A stretch of DNA of 64,000 bases from Heterodontus francisci (lineage: Eukaryota), in the NCBI RefSeq assembly GCF_036365525.1, contig NC_090399.1:67078862-67142861 (forward strand), read 5' to 3'. Position 1 is the stretch's first letter. Every line of letters begins with the position of its first letter. Positions 47,913 to 62,653 of this stretch are shown one piece after another. The translations under genes and the position numbers were made by a program. Under the pieces are notes generated by a model that ran no database searches, was not told the origin of the DNA, and saw only the letters and a program-made list of their open reading frames with translations.

Positions 47913-50900
47913 AACAGGGAGATTTTCAAGCAACGGAATATTGTTCAGAATTGTGTTGGAGAGACTCGAAGTATTCTGTCCTCAAATACTTCATGGTCCA
48001 AATCTGTTAATGTGATTAAAAGTGCTGAGCCCTGCAGCAGTCACACTACATATGACCAGCAGATCCCAAGCAGTGCACATTGTTCAAAAGAGAGCCTCAA
48101 CATTGAACACTGGTAAGATATTGAACCACAGGGTGGGAGTTGGTGCGAGCAAGGGGGCATTACAGTGTAGTATGATCCAATTCACCGGGAACAGGAACCA
48201 TGAGCTCCCCCTTCCCCTCTCCATCACAGCCAGGCCCAAGACTCTGCGCTTCCCTCTTCCCCAATCCGATTATCCAACTCAACACTGGCTGGCAATAGGA
48301 ACGCAGAGAACAAACACAGAAACAATGTTTACAGAGCTTTGGAGCCCTTCTCTGCCTCACTGCAGGTTCTTTCAGGACAATGATCTTGAAGATGCAGCCA
48401 CTGTGACACATCAGCAACATATTCCCAAAGCTACATGCTGGTCAGTGTCAAACCCCTACATATATACCGTTCCATTCACTAAAGAATTCAATAAACAGCC
48501 CATTCAGTCACTCTGATGGAAAGAGCTGATAAACAATTATTTCTCCACCTGCATATCATTGTGGGGGCACTGTCATTCAAAACATATCAATGAAAAATTA
48601 ACACTAAGTGTAAATAACATGAACTCCTCGATTAGAATCCAGTCAGTAACTCACTCCCGAGTATCCGTTACTCTATAAAGCCCCAAACCCCTCGATTAGA
48701 TTCTAGTCGTAACTGACTCCCGGGTATCTGTTATTCTATATATAAACCCCCTGAACCCCTCAATTAGATTCCAGTCTCTAACTCACTCCCATGTATCTGT
48801 TATTATGGATATAAAACCCCCAAACCCCTCGATTAGATTCCAGTCTGTAACCCACTCCCGGGTATCTGTTATTCTATATATAAACCACCCGAGCCCCTCG
48901 ATTAGATTCCAGTCTGTAACTCACTCCCATGTATCTGTTATTATGGATATAAAACCCCCAAACCCCTCGATTAGATTCCAGTCTGTAACTCACTCCCGGA
49001 TATCTGTTATTCTATATATAAACCACCCGAGCCCCTCGATTAGATTCCAGTCTGTAACTCACTCCCGGGAATCTGTTATTATGTATTTTAAACCCCCGAA
49101 CCTCTCTATTACTCTCCAGTCTGTAACCTACTCCCGGGTATCTGTTATTCTACATATAAACCACCCGAGACCTTCGATTAGATTCCAGTCTGTTATCCAC
49201 TCCCGGCTATCTGATATTCTATATATAAACCACCCGAACCCCTCGATGAGATTCCAGTCTGTAACTCACACCCGGGTATCTGACATTCTATATATAAACC
49301 ATCCGAGCTCCTCGATTGGATTCCAGTCTGTAACTCACTCCCGGGTATCTGATATTCTATATATAAACCACCCGAACCCCTCGATGAGATTCCAGTCTGT
49401 AACTCACTCCCGGCTATCTGATATTCTATATATAAACCATCCGAGCCCCTCGATTGGATTCCAGTCTGTAACTCACTCCCGGGTATCTGATATTCTATAT
49501 ATAAACCCCCGAAACCCCTCGATTGGATTCCAGTCTGTAACTCACACCCGGGTATCTGATATTCAATATCTAGACCACCCGAGCCCCTCAATTGGATTCC
49601 AGTCTGTAACTCACTCCCGGGTATCTGTTATTCGATATATAAACACCCCGAGCCCCTCGATTAGATTCCAGTCTGTAACTCACTCCCGGGTATCTGTTAT
49701 TCTATATATAAACCATCCGAGCCCCTCGATTGGATTCTAGTCTGTAACTCACTCCCGGGTATCTGTTATTCTATATATAAACCCCCCGAACCCTTCGATT
49801 AGATTCCAGTCTGTAACTCACTCCCGGGTATCTGTTATTCCATATATAAACCCCCTGAACCCTTCGATTAGATTCCAGTCTGTTACTCACTCCCGGGTAT
49901 CTGTTATTCCATATATAAACCCCCTGAACCCTTCGATTAGATTCCAGTCTGTTACTCACTCCCGGGTATCTGTTATTCTATATATAAACCCCCCGAACCC
50001 TTCGATTAGATTCCAGTCTGTTACTCACTCCCGGGTATCTGTTATTCCATATATAAACCCCCTGAACCCTTCGATTAGATTCCAGTCTGTAACTCACTCC
50101 TGAGAATCTGTTATTCTGGAAATAAAACCCCTGAACCCCTCGACTAGATTCCAATCTGAAATTCACTCCCGGGAATCTGTTATTATGTATATAAAACCCC
50201 CGAACACTTCGATTAGATTCCAGTCTGTAACGCAGTCCCGGGTATCTGATATTCTATATACAAACCACCCGAGCCCCTCGATTAGATTCCAGTCTGTAAC
50301 TCACTCCCGGGTATCTGATATTCTATATATAAACCACCCGAACCCCTCGATTAGATTCCAGTCAGTAACTCACTCCCGGGAATCTGTTATTATGTATTTT
50401 AAACCCCCGAACCTCTCTATTAGATTCCAGTCTGTAACCCACTCCCGGGTATCTGTTATTCTATATACAAACCACCCGAGCCCCTCGATTGGATTCCAGT
50501 CTGTAACCCACTCCCGGGTATCTGTTATTCTATCTCCAAACCACCCGAGCCCCTCGATTGGATTCCAGTCTGTAACCCACTCCCGGGTATCTGATATTCT
50601 ATATATAAACATCCTGAACCCTTCGATTAGATTCCAGTCTGTAACCCACTCCCGGGTATCTGTTATTCTATATATAAACACCCTGAACCCTTCGATTAGA
50701 TTCCAGTATGTAACCCACTCCCGGGTATCTGTTATTCTATATATAAACACCCTGAACCCTTCGATTAGATTCCAGTCTGTAACTCACTCCCGGGTATCTG
50801 TTATTCTATATACAAACCACCCGAGCCCCTCGATTGGATTCCAGTCTGTAACCCACTCCCGGGTATCTGATATTCTATATATAAACATCCTGAACCCTTC

Positions 50901-53739
50901 GATTAGATTCCAGTCTGTAACCCACTCCCGGGTATCTGTTATTCTATATATAAACACCCTGAACCCTTCGATTAGATTCCAATCTGTAACCCACTCTCGG
51001 GTATCTGATATTCTATATACAAACCACCCGAGCCCCTCGATTGGATTCCAATCTGTAACTCGCTCCCGAGAATCTGTTATTATGTATATAAAACCCCCGA
51101 ACCCTTCGATTAGATTCTAGTCTGTAACTCACTCCCGGGTATCTGTTATTATGTATATAAAACCCCCAAACCTCTCGATTAGATTGCAGACCGTAACTCA
51201 CTCCCGAGAATCTGTTATTCTATATATAAATAACCCGAACCCCTCGATTAGATTCCAGTCTGTTACCCACTCCCGGGTATCTGTTATTCCATATATAAAC
51301 CCCCTGAACCCTTCGATTAGATTCCAGTCTGTAACTCACTCCCGGGTATCTGATATTCTACAAATAAACCACCCGAGCCCCTCGATTAGATTGCAGTCTG
51401 CAACTCACTCCCGAGAATCTGTTATTATGTATATAAAACCCCCGAACCCCTCGACTAGATTCCAATCTGTAACTCGCTCCCGAGAATCTGTTTTTTGTAT
51501 ATAAAACCCCCGAACACTTCGATTAGATTCCAGTCTGTAACGCAGTCCCGGGTATCTGATATTCTATATATAAACCCCCCGAACACCTCGATTAGATTCC
51601 AGTCTGTAACTCACTCCCGGGTATCTGATATTCTACATATAAACCCCCGAAACCCTCGATGAGATTCCAGTCTGTAACTCACTCCCGGGTATCTGATATT
51701 CTATATATAAACCACCCGAGCCCCTCGATTAGATTCCAGTCTGTAACTCACTCCCGGGTATCTGATATTCTGTATTTATACCACCCGAGCCCCTCGATTA
51801 GATTCCAGTCTGTAACTCACTCCTGAGAATCTGTTATTATGGATATAAACCCCCCAAACCCCTCGATTGGATTCCAGTCTGTAACTCACTCACGGGTATC
51901 TGATATTCTGTATATAAACCCCCGAAACCCTCGATTAGATTCCAGTCTGTAACTCACTCCCGAGAAGCTGTTATTCTGTATATTAAACCCCGAACCCCTC
52001 GACGAGATTCCAATCTGTAACTCGCTCCCGAGAATCTGTTATTATGTATATAAAACCCCCGAACACTTCGATTTGATTCCAGTCTGTAACGCAGTCCCGG
52101 GTATCTGATATTCTATATACAAACCACCCGAGCCCCTCGATTGGATTCCAGTCTGTAACTCACTCCCGGGTATATGTTATTCTATATATAAACCCCCCGA
52201 ACCCTTCGATTAGATTCCAGTCTGTTACCCACTCCCGGGTATCTGTTATTCTATATATAAATAACCCAAACCCCTCGATTAGATTCCAGTCTGTTACCCA
52301 CTCCCGGGTATCTGTTATTCCATATAAAAACCCCCTGAACCCTTCGATTAGATTCCAATCTGTAACTCGCTCCCGAGAATCTGTTTTTTGTATATAAAAC
52401 CCCCGAACACTTCGATTAGATTCCAGTCTGTAACGCAGTCCCGGGTATCTGATATTCTATATATAAACCACCCGAGCCCCTCGATTAGATTCCAGTCTGT
52501 AACTCACTCCTGAGAATCTGTTATTATGGATATAAACCCCCCAAACCCCTTGATTGGATTCCAGTCTGTAACGCACTCACGGGTATCTGATATTCTGTAT
52601 ATAAACCCCCGAAACCCTCGATTAGATTCCAGTCTGTAACTCACTCCCGAGAAGCTGTTATTCTGTATATAAAACCCCGAACCCCTCGACTATTTTCCAA
52701 TCTGTAACTCGCTCCCGAGAATCTGTTATAATGTCTATAAAACCCCCGAACACCTCGATTAGATTCCAGCCTGTAACGCAGTCCCGGGTATCTGTTATTC
52801 TTTATATAAAACCCTCCCCCAACCCCGAACACCTCGATTAGATTCCAGTCTGTAACTCACTCTCGGGTATCTGATATTCTATATATAAACCACCCGAGCC
52901 CCTCAATTAGATTCCAGTCTGTAACTCACTCCCGGGTATCTATTATTCTTTATATGAACTGCCCCCCCCCACCGAACCCCTCGATTAGATTCCAGTCTGT
53001 AACTCACTCCCGGGTATCTGTTATTCTTTCTATAAACCCCCCGAACCCTTCGATTTGATTCCAGTCTGTAACTCACTCCCGGGTATCTGATATTCTATAT
53101 ATAAACCACCCGAGCCCCTCGATTAGATTCCAGTCTGTAACGCACTCCCAGGTATCTGTTATTCGATATATAAACCACCCGAGCCCATCGATTGGATTGC
53201 AGTCTGTAACGCACTCCCGGGTATCTGTTATTATGTAGATAAAACCCCCGAACCCCTCGACTCGATTCCAATCTGTAACCCGCTCCCGAGAATCTGTTAT
53301 TATGTATATAAAACCCCCAAACCTCTCGATTAGATTCCAGTCTGTAATGGACTCCTGAGTATCTGTTATTATGTATATAAAACCCCCGAACCCCTCGATT
53401 AGATTCCAGTCTGTAACTCACTCCTGGGTATCTGTTATTATGTAAAAAAAACCCCGAACACCTCGATTAGATTCTAGTCTGTAACTCACTCCTGGGTATC
53501 TGTTATTATGTATATAAAACCCCGAACCCCTCAATGAGATTCCAGGCTGTAACTCACTCCCGAGAATCTGTTATTATGTATTTTAAACCCCCGAACCTCT
53601 CTATTAGATTCCAGTCTGTAACCCACTCCCGGGTATCTGTTATTCTATATACAAACCACCCGAGCCCCTCGATTGGATTCCAGTCTGTAACCCACTCCCG
53701 GGTATCTGATATTCTATATATAAACACCCTGAACCCTTC

Positions 53740-55983
53740 ATAGAACATAGAACATAGAACATACAGCACAGAACAGGCCCTTCGGCCCACAATGTTGTGC
53801 CGATCCTTTGTCCTCTGTCAAGGACAATTTAATCTATACCCCATCATTCTCCTTTATCCATATACCTATCCAAAAGCCTTTTGAAAGTCCCTAAAGTTTC
53901 TGACTCAACAACTTCCCCGGGCAAGGCATTCCATGCCTCGACCACTCTCTGGGTAAAGAACCTTCCCCTGACATCCCCCTTATATCTCCCACCCTTCACC
54001 TTAAATTTATGACCCCTTGTAACGCTTTGCTCCACCCGGGGAAAAAGTTTCTGACTGTCTACCCTATCTATTCCCCTGATCATCTTATAAACCTCTATCA
54101 TGTCACCCCTCATCCTTCTCCGTTCTAATGAGAAGAGGCCTAGAATGTTCAGCCTTTCCTCGTAAGACTTATTCTCCATTCCAGGCAACATCCTGGTAAA
54201 TCTCCTCTGCACCCTCTCCAAGGCTTCCACATCCTTCCTAAAATGAGGCGACCAGAACTGCACACAGTACTCCAAATGAGGCCTTACCAAGGTCCTGTAC
54301 AGCTGCATCATCACCTCACGGCTCTTAAATTCAATCCCTCTGCTAATGAACGCTAACACCCCATATGCCTTCTTCACAGCCCTATCCACTTGAGTTGCAA
54401 CTTTCAATGATCTATGCACATAGACCCCAAGGTCTCTCTGCTCCTCCACATGCCCAAGAACCCTACCGTTAACCCAGTATTTTGCATTCATGTTTGTCCT
54501 TCCAAAATGGACGACCTCACACTTTTCAGGGTTAAACTCCATCTGCCACTTTTCAGCCCAGCACTGCAACCTATCCAAGTCCCTTTGCAGACGACAATAG
54601 CCCTCCTCGGTATCCACAACTCCACCAACCTTTGTATCATCTGCAAATTTACTGACCCACCCTTCGACTTCCTCATCCAAGTCGTTAATAAAAATCACAA
54701 ACAGGAGAGGACCCAGAACTGATCCCTGCGGCACGCCACTGGTAACTGGGCTCCAGGCTGAGTATTTACCATCTAAGACCACTCTCTGCCTTCTATCAGT
54801 TAGCCAATTCTTAATCCAACTGGCCACATTCCCCACTATCCCATGCCTCCTGACTTTCTCCATAAGTCTACCATGGGGGACCTTATCAAATGCCTTACTA
54901 AAATCCATGTACACCACATCCACTGGTTTACCCTCATCCACTTGCTTGGTCACCTGCTCAAAGAATTCAATCAGGCTTGTGAGGCAAGACCTACCCCTCA
55001 CAAAACCGTGCTGACTGTCCCGAATCAAGCAGTGTCTTTCCAGATGCTCAGAAATCCTATCCCTCAGCACCTTTTCCATCAACTTGCCTACCACCGAAGT
55101 AAGACTAACTGGCCTGTAATTCCCAGGGTTGTTCCTATTCCCTTTCTTGAACAGGGGCACAACATTTGCCACCCTCCAATCACCTGGTACCACCCCCGTC
55201 AGCAGAGAAGATGAAAAGATCATTGCCAGCGGCTCTGCAATTTCATCCCTTGCTTCCCATAACATCCTTGGATATACCCCGTCAGGCCCGGGAGACTTGT
55301 CTATCTTCAAGTTATTCAAAAACCCCAACACATCTTCCCTCCTAACGAGCACTTCCTCGAGCTTACCAGTCTGCTTCCCACCGTCCTCTTCAGTAATACA
55401 CCCCTTCTCATTCGTAAATACCGAAGAGAAGTACTCATTCAAAACCTCACTTATCTCTTCCGGCTCAACACACAGTCTCCCGCTATTGTCCTTGACCGGA
55501 CCTACGGTCCCCTTAGTCATCCTCATATTTCTGACATACGCGTAAAAGGCCTTGGGGTTTTCTTTTATCCTACCCGCCAAGCATTTTTCATGCCCTCTCT
55601 TAGCTCTCCTAATCCCTTTCTTCAGATCCTTCCTGGCCATCTTGTATCCCTCCAGAGCTATGCCTGTGCCCTTTTTCCTCAACTTTATATACGCATCCTT
55701 CTTCTTCCTAACAAGACTCTCAACCTCTCTTGTCAACCACGGTTCCCTCACATGACCATCCCTTCCCTGTCTGACAGGGACATGCTTATCAATGGCCCCT
55801 ACTATCTGCTCCTTGAAAAAGTTCCACATTTCGACCGTGCCCTTCCCTGCCAGCATATGCTCCCAACTTATGCTCCTCAGTTCCTGCCTGACAGCATCAT
55901 ATCTACCCTTCCCCCAATTGTAAACCTTGCCCTGTTGCACATACCTATCCCTCTCCATTACCACAGTGAATGCTACAGAATTA
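53740..55983 (-). mobile_element. Young CR1 LINE, 5'-truncated, ORF2 remnant open for 706 aa
   Basis: KSPGPDG, NYRPVSLTS, QHGF, YMDFSKAFD, GVPQGSVLGP, FADDTK; tail (ATAGAAC)x3; inserted at CCCTTC|GATTAG with no evident TSD. Confidence 0.96.
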
Positions 55984-58900
55984 GATTAGATTCCAGTCTG
56001 TAACCCACTCCCGGGTATCTGTTATTCTATACATAAACACCCTGAACCCTTCGATTAGATTCCAGTCTGTAACTCACTCCCGGGTATCTGATATTCTATA
56101 TACAAACCACCCGAGCCCCTCGATTGGATTCCAGTCTGTAACCCACTCCCGGGTATCTGATATTCTATATACAAACCACCCGAGCCCCTCGATTGGATTC
56201 CAATCTGTAACTCGCTCCCGAGAATCTGTTATTATGTATATAAAACCCCCGAACCCTTCGATTAGATTCTGGTCTGTAACTCACTCCCGGGTATCTGTTA
56301 TTATGTATATAAAACCCCCAAACCTCTCGATTAGATTGCAGACCGTAACTCACTCCCGAGAATCTGTTATTCTATATATAAATAACCCGAACCCCTCGAT
56401 TAGATTCCAGTCTGTTACCCACTCCCGGGTATCTGTTATTCCATATATAAACCCCCTGAACCCTTCGATTAGATTCCAGTCTGTAACTCACTCCCGGGTA
56501 TCTGATATTCTACAAATAAACCACCCGAGCCCCTCGATTAGATTGCAGTCTGCAACTCACTCCCGAGAATCTGTTATTATGTATATAAAACCCCCGAACC
56601 CCTCGACTAGATTCCAATCTGTAACTCGCTCCTGAGAATCTGTTTTTTGTATATAAAACCCCCGAACACTTCGATTAGATTCCAGTCTGCAACGCAGTCC
56701 CGGGTATCTGATATTCTATATATAAACCACCCGAGCCCCTCGATTAGATTCCAGTCTGTAACTCACACGCGAGAAGCTGTTATTCTGTATATAAAACCCC
56801 GAACCCCACGACTAGATTCCAATCTATAACTCGCTCCCGAGAATCTGTTATTATGTATATAAAACCCCCGAACACTTCGATTAGATTCCAGTCTGTAACG
56901 CAGTCCCGGGTATCTGATATTCTATATATAAACCCCCCAAACCCCTCGATTGGATTCCAGTCTGTAACTCACTCCCGGGTATCTGATATTCTGTATATAA
57001 ACCCCCCGAACACCTCGATTAGATTCCAGTCTGTAACTCACTCCCGGGTATCTGATATTCTACATATAAACCCCCGAAACCCTCGATGAGATTCCAGTCT
57101 GTAACTCACTCCCGGGTATCTGATATTCTATATATAAACCACCCGAGCCCCTCGATTAGATTCCAGTCTGTAACTCACTCCCGGGTATCTGAAATTCTAT
57201 ATTTAAACCACCCGAGCCCCTCGATTAGATTCCAGTCTGTAACTCACTCCTGAGAATCTGTTATTATGGATATAAACCCCCCAAACCCCTCGATTGGATT
57301 CCAGTCTGTAACGCAGTCCCGGGTATCTGATATTCTGTATATAAACCCCCGAAACCCTCGATTAGATTCCAGTCTGTAACTCACTCCCGAGAAGCTGCTA
57401 TTCTGTATATAAAACCCCGAACCCCTCGACTAGATTCCAATCTGTAACTCGCTCCCGAGAATCTGTTATTATGTATATAAAACCCCCGAACACTTCGATT
57501 TGATTCCAGTCTGTAACGCAGTCCCGGGTATCTGATATTCTATATACAAACCACCCGAGCCCCTCGATTGGATTCCAGTCTGTAACTCACTCCCGGGTAT
57601 CTGTTATTCTATATATAAACCCCCCGAACCCTTCGATTAGATTCCAGTCTGTTACCCGCTCCCGGGTATCTGTTATTCTATATATAAATAACCCGAACCC
57701 CTCGATTAGATTCCAGTCTGTTACCCACTCCCGGGTATCTGTTATTCCATATAAAAACCCCCTGAACCCTTCGATTTGATTCCAGTCTGTAACTCACTCC
57801 CGGGTATCTGTTATTCTATATGCAAACCACCCGAACCCTTCGATTAGATTCCAGTCTGTTATCCACTCCCGGCTATCTGATATTCTATATATAAACCACC
57901 CGAACCCCTCGATGAGATTCCAGTCTGTAACTCACACCCGGGTATCTGACATTCTATATATAAACCATCCGAGCTCCTCGATTGGATTCCAGTCTGTAAC
58001 TCACTCCCGGGTATCTGATATTCTATATATAAACCACCCGAACCCCTCGATGAGATTCCAGTCTGTAACTCACTCCCGGCTATCTGATATTCTATATATA
58101 AACCATCCGAGCCCCTCGATTGGATTCCAGTCTGTAACTCACTCCCGGGTATCTGATATTCTATATATAAACCCCCGAAACCCCTCGATTGGATTCCAGT
58201 CTGTAACTCACACCCGGGTATCTGATATTCAATATCTAGACCACCCGAGCCCCTCAATTGGATTCCAGTCTGTAACTCACTCCCGGGTATCTGTTATTCG
58301 ATATATAAACACCCCGAGCCCCTCGATTAGATTCCAGTCTGTAACTCACTCCCGGGTATCTGTTATTCTATATATAAACACCCCGAGCCCCTCGATTGAA
58401 TTCTAGTCTGTAACTCACTCCCGGGTATCTGTTATTCTATATATAAACCCCCCGAACCCTTCGATTAGATTCCAGTCTGTTACTCACTCCCGGGTATCTG
58501 TTATTCCATATATAAACCCCCTGAACCCTTCGATTAGATTCCAGTCTGTAACTCACTCCTGAGAATCTGTTATTCTGGAAATAAAACCCCTGAACCCCTC
58601 GACTAGATTCCAATCTGAAATTCACTCCCGGGAATCTGTTATTATGTATATAAAACCCCCGAACACTTCGATTAGATTCCAGTCTGTAACGCAGTCCCGG
58701 GTATCTGATATTCTATATACAAACCACCCGAGCCCCTCGATTAGATTCCAGTCTGTAACTCACTCCCGGGTATCTGATATTCTATATATAAACCACCCGA
58801 ACCCCTCGATTAGATTCCAGTCAGTAACTCACTCCCGGGAATCTGTTATTATGTATTTTAAACCCCCGAACCTCTCTATTAGATTCCAGTCTGTAACCCA

Positions 58901-60435
58901 CTCCCGGGTATCTGTTATTCTATCTCCAAACCACCCGAGCCCCTCGATTGGATTCCAGTCTGTAACCCACTCCCGGGTATCTGATATTCTATATATAAAC
59001 ATCCTGAACCCTTCGATTAGATTCCAGTCTGTAACCCACTCCCGGGTATCTGTTATTCTATATATAAACACCCTGAACCCTTCGATTAGATTCCAGTATG
59101 TAACCCACTCCCGGGTATCTGTTATTCTATATATAAACACCCTGAACCCTTCGATTAGATTCCAGTCTGTAACTCACTCCCGGGTATCTGTTATTCTATA
59201 TACAAACCACCCGAGCCCCTCGATTGGATTCCAGTCTGTAACCCACTCCCGGGTATCTGATATTCTATATATAAACATCCTGAACCCTTCGATTAGATTC
59301 CAGTCTGTAACCCACTCCCGGGTATCTGTTATTCTATATATAAACACCCTGAACCCTTCGATTAGATTCCAGTATGTAACCCACTCCCGGGTATCTGTTA
59401 TTCTATATATAAACACCCTGAACCCTTCGATTAGATTCCAGTCTGTAACTCACTCCCCGGTATCTGTTATTCTATATACAAACCACCCGAGCCCCTCGAT
59501 TGGATTCCAGTCTGTAACTCACTCCCGGGTATCTGTTATTCTATATACAAACCACCCTGAACCCTTCGATTAGATTCCAGTCTGTAACCCACTCCCGGGT
59601 ATCTGATATTCTATATATAAACATCCTGAACCCTTCGATTAGATTCCAATCTGTAACCCACTCTCGGGTATCTGATATTCTATATACAAACCACCCGAGC
59701 CCCTCGATTGGATTCCAATCTGTAACTCGCTCCCGAGAATCTGTTATTATGTATATAAAACCCCCGAACCCTTCGATTAGATTCTAGTCTGTAACTCACT
59801 CCCGGGTATCTGTTATTATGTATATAAAACCCCCAAACCTCTCGATTAGATTGCAGACCGTAACTCACTCCCGAGAATCTGTTATTCTATATATAAATAA
59901 CCCGAACCCCTCGATTAGATTCCAGTCTGTTACCCACTCCCGGGTATCTGTTATTCCATATATAAACCCCCTGAACCCTTCGATTAGATTCCAGTCTGTA
60001 ACTCACTCCCGGGTATCTGATATTCTACAAATAAACCACCCGAGCCCCTCGATTAGATTGCAGTCTGCAACTCACTCCCGAGAATCTGTTATTATGTATA
60101 TAAAACCCCCGAACCCCTCGACTAGATTCCAATCTGTAACTCGCTCCCGAGAATCTGTTTTTTGTATATAAAACCCCCGAACACTTCGATTAGATTCCAG
60201 TCTGTAACGCAGTCCCGGGTATCTGATATTCTATATATAAACCCCCCGAACACCTCGATTAGATTCCAGTCTGTAACTCACTCCCGGGTATCTGATATTC
60301 TACATATAAACCCCCGAAACCCTCGATGAGATTCCAGTCTGTAACTCACTCCCGGGTATCTGATATTCTATATATAAACCACCCGAGCCCCTCGATTAGA
60401 TTCCAGTCTGTAACTCACTCCCGGGTATCTGATAT

Positions 60436-60665
60436 AAAAGCAAAATACTGCGGATGCTGGAAATCTGAAACAAAAACAAGAAATGCTGGATTCACTCAGC
60501 AGGTCTGGCAGCATCTGTGGAAAGAGGAGCAGAGTTAACGTTTCGGATCAGTGACCCTTCTTCGGGTGTTCCGAAGAAGGGTCACTGATCCGAAACGTTA
60601 ACTCTGCTTCTCTTTCCACAGATGCTGCCAGACCTGCTGAGTGAATCCAGCATTTCTTGTTTTTG
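60436..60665. mobile_element. 230-bp palindromic non-autonomous element (Penelope-like 3'-end/pLTR-derived) with a 17-bp TSD
   Basis: Arms 60471-60565 and 60571-60665 match at 94/95; TSD TCCCGGGTATCTGATAT at 60419-60435 and 60666-60682; empty site at 51752-51768. Confidence 0.8.
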
Positions 60666-62653
60666 TCCCGGGTATCTGATATTCTGTATTTATACCACCC
60701 GAGCCCCTCGATTAGATTCCAGTCTGTAACTCACTCCTGAGAATCTGTTATTATGGATATAAACCCCCCAAACCCCTCGATTGGATTCCAGTCTGTAACT
60801 CACTCACGGGTATCTGATATTCTGTATATAAACCCCCGAAACCCTCGATTAGATTCCAGTCTGTAACTCACTCCCGAGAAGCTGTTATTCTGTATATTAA
60901 ACCCCGAACCCCTCGACGAGATTCCAATCTGTAACTCGCTCCCGAGAATCTGTTATTATGTATATAAAACCCCCGAACACTTCGATTTGATTCCAGTCTG
61001 TAACGCAGTCCCGGGTATCTGATATTCTATATACAAACCACCCGAGCCCCTCGATTGGATTCCAGTCTGTAACTCACTCCCGGGTATATGTTATTCTATA
61101 TATAAACCCCCCGAACCCTTCGATTAGATTCCAGTCTGTTACCCACTCCCGGGTATCTGTTATTCTATATATAAATAACCCAAACCCCTCGATTAGATTC
61201 CAGTCTGTTACCCACTCCCGGGTATCTGTTATTCCATATAAAAACCCCCTGAACCCTTCGATTAGATTCCAATCTGTAACTCGCTCCCGAGAATCTGTTT
61301 TTTGTATATAAAACCCCCGAACACTTCGATTAGATTCCAGTCTGTAACGCAGTCCCGGGTATCTGATATTCTATATATAAACCACCCGAGCCCCTCGATT
61401 AGATTCCAGTCTGTAACTCACTCCTGAGAATCTGTTATTATGGATATAAACCCCCCAAACCCCTTGATTGGATTCCAGTCTGTAACGCACTCACGGGTAT
61501 CTGATATTCTGTATATAAACCCCCGAAATCCTCGATTAGATTCCAGTCTGTAACTCACTCCCGAGAAGCTGTTATTCTGTATATAAAACCCCGAACCCCT
61601 CGACTATTTTCCAATCTGTAACTCGCTCCCGAGAATCTGTTATAATGTCTATAAAACCCCCGAACACCTCGATTAGATTCCAGCCTGTAACGCAGTCCCG
61701 GGTATCTGTTATTCTTTATATAAAACCCTCCCCCAACCCCGAACACCTCGATTAGATTCCAGTCTGTAACTCACTCTCGGGTATCTGATATTCTATATAT
61801 AAACCACCCGAGCCCCTCAATTAGATTCCAGTCTGTAACTCACTCCCGGGTATCTATTATTCTTTATATGAACTGCCCCCCCCCACCGAACCCCTCGATT
61901 AGATTCCAGTCTGTAACTCACTCCCGGGTATCTGTTATTCTTTCTATAAACCCCCCGAACCCTTCGATTTGATTCCAGTCTGTAACTCACTCCCGGGTAT
62001 CTGATATTCTATATATAAACCACCCGAGCCCCTCGATTAGATTCCAGTCTGTAACGCACTCCCAGGTATCTGTTATTCGATATATAAACCACCCGAGCCC
62101 ATCGATTGGATTGCAGTCTGTAACGCACTCCCGGGTATCTGTTATTATGTAGATAAAACCCCCGAACCCCTCGACTCGATTCCAATCTGTAACCCGCTCC
62201 CGAGAATCTGTTATTATGTATATAAAACCCCCAAACCTCTCGATTAGATTCCAGTCTGTAATGGACTCCTGAGTATCTGTTATTATGTATATAAAACCCC
62301 CGAACCCCTCGATTAGATTCCAGTCTGTAACTCACTCCTGGGTATCTGTTATTATGTAAAAAAAACCCCGAACACCTCGATTAGATTCTAGTCTGTAACT
62401 CACTCCTGGGTATCTGTTATTATGTATATAAAACCCCGAACCCCTCAATGAGATTCCAGGCTGTAACTCACTCCCGAGAATCTGTTATTATGTATTTTAA
62501 ACCCCCGAACCTCTCTATTAGATTCCAGTCTGTAACCCACTCCCGGGTATCTGTTATTCTATATACAAACCACCCGAGCCCCTCGATTGGATTCCAGTCT
62601 GTAACCCACTCCCGGGTATCTGATATTCTATATATAAACACCCTGAACCCTTC

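Noticed and set aside
48022-48516. 164-aa ORF or possible exon in unique sequence
   Set aside because: No recognisable similarity to inhibitor-1 downstream exons or any family; GTG start; splice signals unconvincing
48805-60171. SIRFQSVTHSRVSVILYIN-repeat ORFs
   Set aside because: Translation of the 69-bp satellite, broken by frequent stops and 1-bp indels
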